DNA from: Bdellovibrionota bacterium | GTDB lineage: Bacteria; Bdellovibrionota_C; UBA2361; JBIKUX01 | DNA: 64,000 bases | Reading direction: 5' to 3' | Assembly (NCBI GenBank): GCA_044347345.1 | Contig: JBIKUX010000009.1 | Location: forward strand, 1 to 64,000 | Part shown: in pieces, positions 19,005 through 27,984 of the stretch | Layout: every line of letters begins with the position of its first letter | Numbering within the stretch: the stretch's first letter is position 1 | The notes under the pieces: generated by a model | The model's input: only the letters and a program-made list of their open reading frames with translations | The model's database searches: none | Told to the model about the DNA's origin: nothing | Made by a program: the position numbers and the translations under genes

Positions 19005-19961
19005 CTATTCCTTCAAAGTTCTTGATTCTTCTATGTCTGCTAAAAGAAGCCTACGTAAATTTTTAGCAATGAGCCCAACATAACCATCGCCTATCGGTTT
19101 TTCGTTAAAAGTTGTTACAGGACAAACTTCAGTAGTAGTGCCAATCATTAAGACTTCCTGGGCTTCTGTTAAATCATGAACGGATAAACGCCTTTGTGAA
19201 ATTCCAGATAAACCGAGATATTGCTGATTATTGCGAGAAAGCTCAAATAATCGCACTAAGGTAGTTCCGGGGAGAGTGTAATCAAATGGTGGCGCTAGAA
19301 GTTGGTTATCCCTAGTTACGAGCGCAATATTTTCAACTGCACCCTCTCCAATCCAACCATCAGGTGATATGTTTACCGCGAAGTGTGCTTTGCTATCTTT
19401 AGCATCTTTAACCATCATCACATTTTGTAAATAATTACATGATTTGATTGTAGAATAAGGAAATGGCTTAAAAGGAACATCTGACAAAATTAACTTTGCG
19501 CCTTTTTCATATAATTCTTCTGGAAGCCGGTTTAACGGAGTAGCGATTATGTACATTTCACTTTTTAACGGACTATAAGGATTAGCGGAGAAGTCGCCGA
19601 CGCCTCGACCTACAAAAATTCGTATTATCCCTTCGATTAAATTTGCCGCTGTTATAACTTCAGATATCACCTCAAGAATCTTTTCTGTGGAGCAAGGAAG
19701 CGGGAGAGAAATAGCTCTTGCAGAGCGAATGAGCCGATCTAAATGCTCGGTACCTAAATAAAGATTATGAGAAAAAAAGCGTATGGCTTCAAATACCCCG
19801 TCGCCTCTGTGGACTAGATGGTCATCAATGGGAAGTAGCATTAAAGAGGGTTCAGTCACTATGCCATTAAACCATGTAGAAAACATCGCACGATAAGATA
19901 CAGATCCACGACGTTCTTTTAATCGATTAATAAATTCTTCCGAGTTTAAAATATTTATCAT
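19005..19961 (-). CDS. Class IV PLP aminotransferase (D-amino-acid transaminase/ADC-lyase-like)
   Basis: DDHLVHRGDGVFE, HLDRL, IKSCNYL (PLP Lys), IGEGAVEN, TLPGTT. Confidence 0.9.
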   Translation of the reverse strand: MINILNSEEFINRLKERRGSVSYRAMFSTWFNGIVTEPSLMLLPIDDHLVHRGDGVFEAIRFFSHNLYLGTEHLDRLIRSARAISLPLPCSTEKILEVISEVITAANLIEGIIRIFVGRGVGDFSANPYSPLKSEMYIIATPLNRLPEELYEKGAKLILSDVPFKPFPYSTIKSCNYLQNVMMVKDAKDSKAHFAVNISPDGWIGEGAVENIALVTRDNQLLAPPFDYTLPGTTLVRLFELSRNNQQYLGLSGISQRRLSVHDLTEAQEVLMIGTTTEVCPVTTFNEKPIGDGYVGLIAKNLRRLLLADIEESRTLKE

Positions 19962-20148
19962 ATTGTTAGTAAGGCTTTCCTATCGTGACTTTTTCTTATT
20001 GATTTTCTTTTTTTGAGAGACTTCGTGGCGATATTACTCGCACTAACTAAAAATGTGTAGTAGTGCAGTTTTTGCATCGTAGACAAGTATGTAATAATCA
20101 AAATTAGGTTAATGCGGTATATTTTAAAATTGTGTATTTACTATAATT

Positions 20149-21510
20149 ATGTCGAAATCTAGCTCGACTCCCCCGCCTGAAATAAACCTCTCTGAAATAA
20201 ACCCCTCTGAGAAAAATTCAGCGTTAAACCCAGCTGCAGACACTGCTTATTCTAGCGATATAACTAGAAAGCCAACTTCTTCGGGGCGATATACCATAGA
20301 TTTATCAAAAACCTTCAAGCGATTGGGTGTAGAGATAGAGTCACAAGATCCTAAAAGTCAGAAAGTTTCAAACGGTTCGTCAAAGGTTTTAGAGAAAGCT
20401 CCAGAAGAAATAAATAATAGGATAAATAAAAAAGTGAAAGAAAAAGACGCTGTTTCAGACAAGCAGTTTTTTTCAGAAGATAAAAAAAATTATCGTGGTT
20501 TTGCCTCTATTACAGCACCATGGGATTTAAGCTCATCTCTTGCTTCTGTCGGATATGAGTGTTTACCTTACTTGGCAGTGCAGATATCCCTCTTCGTTGT
20601 TACTCCGTCAGAAGCAAAAGTTAGGGCGCTAATGCTTGAAGGGCCATCTGGATGTGGTAAGAGTTTTTTGGCCAAATCTTTGGCAAAAATAACAGACGCG
20701 GAACTTATGGTTCTTAGCTGTTATCAAGGAATGGCAACTCAAAATTTGATTGAAGCACCATCATCATTCGCTCTCGCCTCTGCAATGGCAAAGGGAGGAG
20801 GTGAACTTGCATCCGAACTTATGAATCTCGGGATTATAACCCGAGCTTTTTTGCGCTCCAAGGAGCATCCAGTAATCCTCCTTGTTGATGAACTTGATAA
20901 GCCAGACTCAGCCATTGATACCTTTTTTCTTGGACCACTCCAAGATGCCACGGTATACCTTGAATCGCGTCCTCCGGTGCAAGCTAATCCGGAAAACATA
21001 ATTGTTATTTTTACCAAAAACTTTAATCGTAAGATTGACGAGGCGCTACTAAGAAGGTGTCATCCGATAAAAATGACCTATCTTGACTCTTCTTTAGAGA
21101 CGAAAATATTGTCTAAGCACTGTGAGCCTCGCCTGGTGGCAAATTTGGTAAGTGTAGCAGACCGAATGCGGCACAGTGGGGGGACTTACGGATTTGAGCG
21201 TCCACCTGCTCCAGAAGAGCTCCTTCTTGCGGGGCACTACGTGATGAAGCTATTGTTATGGGGAATTCACGATTTTGCCGTGGTAGCTCAAAGTATATGG
21301 TCTATTGTGGCAAAGTCTGAGCACGATCGCGCTGTGCTTGAGCATATGATGAGGTTTCATCCCGATTTTATGGATCCCCTCATCCCGGATCCAAAAAATG
21401 CTACCTTTGAGGATGTTTTGCGCCGATTTGGGCGAGTGGTGCTTGAAGGAATTGTGGCTGACCCTGATGAGGAGCGCAGAAAAAAAGCTTGGGAATCGGA
21501 TGGCTTTTAA
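20149..21510 (+). CDS. MoxR/CoxD-like AAA+ ATPase with a long low-complexity N-terminus
   Basis: Walker A GPSGCGKS, LSCYQG, Walker B LLVDELDK, sensor region FTKN...EALLRRC. Confidence 0.85.
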   Translation: MSKSSSTPPPEINLSEINPSEKNSALNPAADTAYSSDITRKPTSSGRYTIDLSKTFKRLGVEIESQDPKSQKVSNGSSKVLEKAPEEINNRINKKVKEKDAVSDKQFFSEDKKNYRGFASITAPWDLSSSLASVGYECLPYLAVQISLFVVTPSEAKVRALMLEGPSGCGKSFLAKSLAKITDAELMVLSCYQGMATQNLIEAPSSFALASAMAKGGGELASELMNLGIITRAFLRSKEHPVILLVDELDKPDSAIDTFFLGPLQDATVYLESRPPVQANPENIIVIFTKNFNRKIDEALLRRCHPIKMTYLDSSLETKILSKHCEPRLVANLVSVADRMRHSGGTYGFERPPAPEELLLAGHYVMKLLLWGIHDFAVVAQSIWSIVAKSEHDRAVLEHMMRFHPDFMDPLIPDPKNATFEDVLRRFGRVVLEGIVADPDEERRKKAWESDGF

Positions 21511-21552
21511 TTTAAGTAGTGTGTTGATTTTAATAAGACTTAGCTGTTATTT

Positions 21553-22707
21553 GTGCAATTTTTTGAATCAAGATTGAATTTATCTCACCGTACCGAGCGT
21601 GGAGAGCTGCGTAGTCTTCGTAAATTTGATCCATCTCTAATAGATTTTGCCTCAAATGATTATCTAGGTTTTGCAAACTCCGTTGATATAGCACAAATTG
21701 CGGCAAAATTGTTTCCTGATGAAAATAGAAAATGGGGGTCAACTGGTTCACGGCTTTTAACCGGTAACCACGATTACCTTGAACTAGTGGAAGATGAAAT
21801 ATCAAAATTTCACGGCCATCCCTCAGCATTACTTTGTAGTAGTGGATACCTTGCCAATCTTGCTGTTCTCAGTGCGTTACCTAATCGCCGTGATATTATC
21901 CTCTATGATTCACTAATTCATGCCTCGATGCGAGATGGTATAAGATTGTCCCCTGCTAAGGCATTTTCATTTAGACATAACGACTTAGGGGATCTTGAGC
22001 AAAAACTTATTCGCTATTCAGACATACTGCAAAAGAGAAGCACAAGTGGAGGACAGTGTATTATAGTAGTAGAGTCTGTGTATTCAATGGATGGCGATGA
22101 AGCGCCTCTAGTAAACCTTGTCGGCTTAGCAGAGCGTTACGGTGCGTTAATAATTATTGATGAAGCTCATGCATTAGGCACAAGGGGGCAAAATGGTGAA
22201 GGTTTGGTAAGTGCATTTGGTCTACAAAGCCGTGTTTTTGCAACGGTCGTTACTTTTGGTAAGGCTCTCGGCGCGCACGGAGCAGCTATTCTCGGAGGTA
22301 ACGCTTTAAAAAATTATCTTCTCAATATGGCTCGACCAGTTATCTATACAACCGCACCGGACTTTCATTCGGTTGCGCGAATTCAAGCTAGCTATTTAGC
22401 CTTAAAATCGGGTACTAATCAGATACATAATTTGCACTCAATCTGTAGCTATATGATAAAAAACTTAAAAAAAGTATCGCATATGCTTGGTGCAAAGATT
22501 GAAGGGCCTATAATCCCCCTCATTATTCCCGGGGCCGAGCGTGTGAGAGAAGTAGCATCCTTTTTTCATAAGAGGGGATACTTACTTCTTCCTGTTTTTG
22601 CTCCAACGGTTGCCAGAGGGCAGGAGCGAATTCGTATTTGCCTTCATTCTTTCAATACAAAATTAGAGTGTAATGATTTCTTAGGAGAGCTAAGAAATGT
22701 TATGTAA
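21553..22707 (+). CDS. bioF: 8-amino-7-oxononanoate synthase (AONS family)
   Basis: DFASNDYLG, GSTGSRLLTG, SGYLAN, HASMRDG, FRHND, ESVYSMDGD, DEAHA, TFGKALG, PTV...RIRI. Confidence 0.85.
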   Translation: MQFFESRLNLSHRTERGELRSLRKFDPSLIDFASNDYLGFANSVDIAQIAAKLFPDENRKWGSTGSRLLTGNHDYLELVEDEISKFHGHPSALLCSSGYLANLAVLSALPNRRDIILYDSLIHASMRDGIRLSPAKAFSFRHNDLGDLEQKLIRYSDILQKRSTSGGQCIIVVESVYSMDGDEAPLVNLVGLAERYGALIIIDEAHALGTRGQNGEGLVSAFGLQSRVFATVVTFGKALGAHGAAILGGNALKNYLLNMARPVIYTTAPDFHSVARIQASYLALKSGTNQIHNLHSICSYMIKNLKKVSHMLGAKIEGPIIPLIIPGAERVREVASFFHKRGYLLLPVFAPTVARGQERIRICLHSFNTKLECNDFLGELRNVM

Positions 22708-22716
22708 GGATGTTGT

Positions 22717-23967
22717 ATGAGCCAAAATCCTCTATATCCGCCTCGTATTGCGGGTATAGGGCGCACATCATCTGTATGCTCGGGTGAAGATTCTATCCAT
22801 TACAGCTCTGGATGGAGTAACTTGCCGGTTGTTTCATCTATTGTTGTTCAAGAAAAAGTTTTTCCTGTATATCGATTATGTCCTGCCGATGAGGCTCAGG
22901 TAGCAACTCTAGATGAAAAATATGCAGAGGTTGACCGAGTTAGTAAGCTAGCTATTATAGCCGCCCGAAAAGCTATAAATGAATCTGGGTGGAATAATAA
23001 AAATAACGTGGGTGTATGTGTAGGGTCTAGCAGAGGTGCTACCTCTTCGCTTGAAGCAGCGATTGCTACATTTGGTCAAGGAAAGCCCTTATCTCCACGA
23101 ACTTCTCCTATCACTACGGCAGGCAGTATAGCGACTGATCTTGCGAGAGATTTTTCAGAACGCTGCAGCATATCATTAACTCAAATTGTCGCGCTTTCTA
23201 GCACATGTACTTCTACTGTTACCGCAATTTCTACCTCGCTTGGATGGTTGAATGCGGGAGTTTGTGACTGTGTAATAGTTGGTGCGGCAGAAGCGCCACT
23301 TACACCATTTACACTTGCTATGATGAATTCTCTCCGTATCTATGCATCATCAGATATGTCAGATGTACCATGTAAACCCCTTAATGAACGAAAGATTAAC
23401 TCGTTTGTTCTTGGAGAGGGCAGTAGTTTTATGGCTGTTGAAAGGGTAGTAAATAAAGAGAATAAGCCTTATTTAGCAATTCTAGGGGTAGGGATGGGAT
23501 TTGAGGTGCCACCTAGTCGCACGGGTATGAGCGTAAATGGCGATCACTTCTTTCAGTCTCTAGAGCGAGCTTATCAGCAAGCAGGATTCCCGGATGCGAT
23601 AGTTCTTCACGCTACTGGAGCAGTTAAAGGAGATTTATCAGAGTTAGCCGCTGTTGAGCGCTTTATAGCTACCTACGGCAAAGATAAACAGAGGCCTGTA
23701 TCACTACTATCAACACCACAACTTTTTGCACCTAAGTTTCTTACTGGTCATACCTTTGGTGCTTCTGCGGGGCTATCGCTTGATTATGCTTTATCGTTAC
23801 TTAAAGGAGAAACCTTACCGATAACACCGTATCCTTCAATACTAAGTAATCTTGGGTACGACAACACCCAGAATTTTAAAAACATTCAGAAGGTATTTGT
23901 TAATAGCGGAGGTTTTGGGGGAAATGCTGGTACTGTGGTGGTAGGATGGTGGTATCCCTATCAGTGA
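22717..23967 (+). CDS. FabF/FabB-like beta-ketoacyl synthase
   Basis: GSSRGAT, STCTS (catalytic Cys), GAAEAPLTPFT, LGEG, LHATG (His), KFLTGHTFGASA (His), GFGGN. Confidence 0.85.
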   Translation: MSQNPLYPPRIAGIGRTSSVCSGEDSIHYSSGWSNLPVVSSIVVQEKVFPVYRLCPADEAQVATLDEKYAEVDRVSKLAIIAARKAINESGWNNKNNVGVCVGSSRGATSSLEAAIATFGQGKPLSPRTSPITTAGSIATDLARDFSERCSISLTQIVALSSTCTSTVTAISTSLGWLNAGVCDCVIVGAAEAPLTPFTLAMMNSLRIYASSDMSDVPCKPLNERKINSFVLGEGSSFMAVERVVNKENKPYLAILGVGMGFEVPPSRTGMSVNGDHFFQSLERAYQQAGFPDAIVLHATGAVKGDLSELAAVERFIATYGKDKQRPVSLLSTPQLFAPKFLTGHTFGASAGLSLDYALSLLKGETLPITPYPSILSNLGYDNTQNFKNIQKVFVNSGGFGGNAGTVVVGWWYPYQ

Positions 23968-24977
23968 TAATTATTGGAGCAGGTATTGCTGGGCTAAGTA
24001 GCGCCGCGCAACTTGCTTCTCAAGGCGCAAAAGTAATTGTTTTTGCACCTAATGGCCTCGGTGATGGTGCCTCAGGGGCACGAACTGGGATTTTGTGTCC
24101 GGCACTCGGAATAAGACGAGAAAAGCCCCTTGGGCTTTTTGGTTACCAGTGCTTAAAAATCTATCCGGAGTGGCTCAAAGAGTTGGGATTAACCATTTCA
24201 ATAGAACCAAGAGTAAGTGTCAGGCTTTGTACCTCCTTTCCTCGAAAAAAAAGTTTCAACCAGTCTGAGACCCATATAGAGCAATATTGGCTACCAGCCA
24301 AGGAACTTTGGGCTCGTTACCACTATTTGAAAAAGCGAGAAGAGTGCATAGCTGGAGCAATTGTCTCCTCTAGTATCGCTACACTTTCAACTTCGAAACT
24401 TTTGGCTGAGTTAAAAAATGCTATCCTTGATAAAGGAGGACTCATTATAAAAGATGCTGTTAGTGGTATTACAGAAAATTTTAGTGGAATCAAAGTTAGA
24501 GGTCTTTTAGGTGATGAATATGGCGCAGATTATGCTGTTATTGCTGCTGGTGCCAATACCGAAGAGCTTATTTTACAAGGGACGGAGCTAACTACAGCAT
24601 CACTTCCTGTAACTACCCTTCATCCGGGTGGTATGATAGGAGTAACTACTCCTGAGCTTTTTGATGAAATTATTCACTGTGATAAGCAGACTCTTGTGTG
24701 TCGAGATGGAATGCTGTGGATTACCGGTGGAACACTATCGCATACCAACTATGCATCATTTTTGCTTGCGCGTCTTAACGGTATAATTGACGGCTCTTTT
24801 AAAGCTGTAGAGCAGTGGAGTGGAACTAGGGTGCGAGTACAAGGGGGGCTACCAGTTGTTCAGCAAATAAATCACTCTAGCCGAATTATGGTTAATTTTG
24901 CTCATGGGGGAAATGGGTTTCTATTTGCACCGATTGCTTCTAAGATGGTATCTGATTTTATTTATCAAAGAGTGTAA
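23946..24977 (+). CDS. FAD-dependent oxidoreductase, DAO/ThiO-like
   Basis: Rossmann IIGAGIAG, GAS...GIL, VIAAG, WSGTR, HGGNGFLFAP; overlaps the stop of the upstream synthase gene. Confidence 0.85.
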   Translation: MVVSLSVIIIGAGIAGLSSAAQLASQGAKVIVFAPNGLGDGASGARTGILCPALGIRREKPLGLFGYQCLKIYPEWLKELGLTISIEPRVSVRLCTSFPRKKSFNQSETHIEQYWLPAKELWARYHYLKKREECIAGAIVSSSIATLSTSKLLAELKNAILDKGGLIIKDAVSGITENFSGIKVRGLLGDEYGADYAVIAAGANTEELILQGTELTTASLPVTTLHPGGMIGVTTPELFDEIIHCDKQTLVCRDGMLWITGGTLSHTNYASFLLARLNGIIDGSFKAVEQWSGTRVRVQGGLPVVQQINHSSRIMVNFAHGGNGFLFAPIASKMVSDFIYQRV

Positions 24978-24978
24978 A

Positions 24979-25581
24979 ATGCAGTACAGATATTTTTTAG
25001 TAGTAGCTACCTGGATATTAGTCTTGTCTGCTTCTAAAGTTGCAACAGCAGTTGATAATAAGAGGGATGTAGGTAAAAGTACTGAGGAGTTAAAAATGAA
25101 AACAGCTTATGATTTTAACGTTACTGGGCTTGACGGGAGACCTACCTCATTAGAAAAGTTTAAAGGTAACGTTGCACTTTTTGTAAATACAGCATCTGAG
25201 TGTGGATATACTCCTCAATACGAAGGACTTGAAAAATTATATCTAGAATTTAAGGATAAAGGTTTCGTTGTCCTTGGCTTTCCGAGTAATGATTTTGGTG
25301 GTCAAGAGCCTGGGACTAACGAAGAGATAAAATCTTTTTGTTCTACTCGCTACAATGTAACTTTTCCGATGTTTGCAAAAAGTAAGGTTAAAGGATCAGA
25401 AAAAATAGATGTGTATCAGCATCTTATTTCCGACGCTAGCGATACCAGTGAAGAAATTAAGTGGAACTTTGAAAAGTTTTTGGTAGATAAAAGCGGTAAG
25501 GTGATAAAAAGATTCCCGTCAAGAGTGGCTCCAGATAGCAGTGAATTGCGGGAAGCAATTTTAGCGTTACTTAACAACTAA
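24979..25581 (+). CDS. Glutathione peroxidase-family (Cys-type) peroxidase with signal peptide
   Basis: VNTASECGYTPQY, LGFPSNDFGGQEPG, KWNFEKFLV; hydrophobic N-terminus from the ATG at 24979. Confidence 0.93.
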   Translation: MQYRYFLVVATWILVLSASKVATAVDNKRDVGKSTEELKMKTAYDFNVTGLDGRPTSLEKFKGNVALFVNTASECGYTPQYEGLEKLYLEFKDKGFVVLGFPSNDFGGQEPGTNEEIKSFCSTRYNVTFPMFAKSKVKGSEKIDVYQHLISDASDTSEEIKWNFEKFLVDKSGKVIKRFPSRVAPDSSELREAILALLNN

Positions 25582-25590
25582 TAACAACAG

Positions 25591-27069
25591 TTAGTGAATA
25601 TCTAAGCAATCTTCTAGCGCCATTCTTATAGCTTTAAATGATAAAACTATTGAGTGAGATGCTAGTGTTGAGCCAGATGGTGGTGAGTTCTGGCTCAGGT
25701 CATTTATTTCATCGGTATTTTTTGTGATTGCGGCAAAAAGTCCGGTACGATGTATCTCTCCGAGTACGCCTACGACAATCTGAAAATACCTTAGGTTAGG
25801 CACTTTATCATCTGAGTCTTCTTTAAATATTACCGGAGCATTAGCTCTAAAGGCCTTAATAAATGGATGAGCTACATCTGATGAATTAGAGTAATCGAAA
25901 GGTGTACGTAGTTTCTTTGGAAAAGACCCAAAAACGTAGCGTGGTACCAGTGATGTTCGATGAGGTACGACCAAAAAAATTGCACCACCTACAAAGCCTG
26001 ATTGTGGCATAATTTTTTCTGTTATCGTGCGAACCTCTTCTAGGTTTATTGTCGCTTTTTTGGTTTTTAATTTAGCATAGACTTCAGCTAGTGCTTCTTG
26101 AACTGGTGTAGTGCAATGTTTTATATAAACGTTGTTGGTTAGCAGCTTGTCTTTACTAACTTTTATTTTTTTTGCCTTTCCTGTTGGCGGAACTCCCCAT
26201 TGAAACAGGTCTGATGCTTTACAAAGATAAACAGAGAGTCGCTCCTTAAGAGTAACTTTTAGAGAGGCCACACCTGATTCTCCAAGTGTTGCCTCAATTG
26301 TGCGAATAGCACTGTCCCAATCTGGTGCTTTTGAATCATCGGGAAGCGAAGCAAAGGCAAATGCTTCTCCTATTCTACATAATCTTTCAAGATTGCTCGC
26401 TAATAACTCTTCATGAGATGTAATGTTAGTCTCATTACTCCTATCGCCAGAGAGCATAAGTCCCCAACTATTAGCGAGTCTAATTCCGACTAAAGATGGA
26501 GAAAAACCTAAGGTGTCGGTTAAAATTTTATCAAGTTCCTCGATACTACATTTATTAGCTATAGCTTGCCGGTAAATGTTTGGGTACGCCCAAGCTATTA
26601 ACGTCAGCCCAAATTGTGTTAAAAGAGAGTAAGTATAAGCTAATTCTGAATCGACCGATACTTCAACTGAGGCGTGCTCTGCAACAGTGGCAACAATGCT
26701 AGACCGAACTAAAGCCGTGTGTTGGATTAATGAAGAGGTTTCAAATGAATGGTTTGATATCTCAGTAACATCATGCGGAAGAATTTTTGATAGCTCATTA
26801 ATTGGAATTTCTCTCAGCAACTTTGCAGCGTCTCTTGTCTGGTTAGAAGTTTGCGAGAGAGCACGAATACAAAATAAGAAGAGAGTCACGTCTTTTTTTA
26901 AATCTGAGATTAGTGTCTCAGGTGCTTTTTGATACCTGCCGTTTAAGAGTCCGGCTTGAATATATGCCAAGAGCTCAGGGTCAGCTGGAGGCCAGTGTGA
27001 GGCTAATACGTCAAGAGTATTTAATATCTCTGTTGAATCGGCACTTCCAGTGGTAGTGTTTGATTGCAT
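25591..27069 (-). CDS. HDOD-domain protein with a C-terminal GAF-like region
   Basis: LISDLKKDVTL, AYTYSLLTQFGLTLIAWAYP, LGFSPSLVGIRLANSWGL follow the HDOD pattern (HD residues replaced). Confidence 0.6.
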   Translation of the reverse strand: MQSNTTTGSADSTEILNTLDVLASHWPPADPELLAYIQAGLLNGRYQKAPETLISDLKKDVTLFLFCIRALSQTSNQTRDAAKLLREIPINELSKILPHDVTEISNHSFETSSLIQHTALVRSSIVATVAEHASVEVSVDSELAYTYSLLTQFGLTLIAWAYPNIYRQAIANKCSIEELDKILTDTLGFSPSLVGIRLANSWGLMLSGDRSNETNITSHEELLASNLERLCRIGEAFAFASLPDDSKAPDWDSAIRTIEATLGESGVASLKVTLKERLSVYLCKASDLFQWGVPPTGKAKKIKVSKDKLLTNNVYIKHCTTPVQEALAEVYAKLKTKKATINLEEVRTITEKIMPQSGFVGGAIFLVVPHRTSLVPRYVFGSFPKKLRTPFDYSNSSDVAHPFIKAFRANAPVIFKEDSDDKVPNLRYFQIVVGVLGEIHRTGLFAAITKNTDEINDLSQNSPPSGSTLASHSIVLSFKAIRMALEDCLDIH

Positions 27070-27112
27070 GAGAAATTGTGTGTTGTTTTCTTTTTTTATT
27101 TCGTATTAGTCC

Positions 27113-27140
27113 TTGTCGGCCAATGTGTATGAGGGGTTGA
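27113..27140 (-). promoter_or_regulatory. Putative sigma28-like promoter of the HDOD gene
   Basis: Minus strand TCAAC-N15-GCCGACAA, about 45 nt upstream of the ATG at 27069. Confidence 0.45.
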
Positions 27141-27270
27141 GAGGCTTAAAGTTTAAAACGGAATAATTGATGTAAAATACTGGATAAACTCCGCTAACTT
27201 GCTTTTTATAGCAGAAAATTAAACAGTAGTTTTTTAGATATTAACGATTACCTGACCGGACAAGAAAAAT

Positions 27271-27981
27271 ATGAAACCTGAGTATCATAGCGACCAGCTT
27301 ACAGTATATCGGGTGGAAGTAACCCAAGTTGTTCAAAATGCACGGGTCATCGTTACTCCGCCTTTGGAAGAAGGGAGTGCTCCTTCAGCAATTATCGTTG
27401 ATCCGGGAGGAGAGGCACACAAGATAATAGAAATTATATCTCAGGTTAAAGCAGATGTTAAATCTATCTGGTTAACCCATTCTCATTTTGATCACTGTGG
27501 TGGGGTAGCGGCTATTCTACGTTCTTTTCCAGTTCCCCTTTATGCTCACCCTAATGAGTTTGAAATGCGCCGTATGATAGCTGAGCGTGCACGTCTTTTT
27601 GGATTAATAGGAGAGGAACTAGAGGACTGTCCTGAGCCATCTAATCCTTTGACTGGTGAGGAGGAGATTTATTGGGGCAATAATAAAGGAAAAGTTTTGT
27701 TTGTTCCAGGACACTCGCCAGGGCACCTTGCTTTTTATTTTCCTGATTGTGGTGTTATTTTTTCAGGTGACGTTCTTTTTGCTACCTCAATAGGTCGAAC
27801 TGACTTGCCTGGAGGAAGTTACCAGACTCTTTTGAATTCTATTGTTGAAAAGCTGTGCAATTTGCCAGATTCTACTTTGGTCTTCTCTGGTCACGGAGAA
27901 ACAGCGTCTCTCGGTGAAATAAAACGTTTCAATCCATTTCTTAGAGAGTTTAGTAACAGAAGTTTGGTAACAGGGAGTTAA
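27271..27981 (+). CDS. Metallo-beta-lactamase-fold hydrolase (YcbL/glyoxalase II-like)
   Basis: VDPGG, THSHFDHCG, PGHSPG, SGDVLF...GRTDLPGG, SGHG, NPFL. Confidence 0.92.
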   Translation: MKPEYHSDQLTVYRVEVTQVVQNARVIVTPPLEEGSAPSAIIVDPGGEAHKIIEIISQVKADVKSIWLTHSHFDHCGGVAAILRSFPVPLYAHPNEFEMRRMIAERARLFGLIGEELEDCPEPSNPLTGEEEIYWGNNKGKVLFVPGHSPGHLAFYFPDCGVIFSGDVLFATSIGRTDLPGGSYQTLLNSIVEKLCNLPDSTLVFSGHGETASLGEIKRFNPFLREFSNRSLVTGS

Positions 27982-27984
27982 ACA

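Noticed and set aside
24979..25581. Glutathione peroxidase as a selenoprotein
   Set aside because: The active-site codon is TGT (Cys) in ASECG; there is no in-frame TGA.
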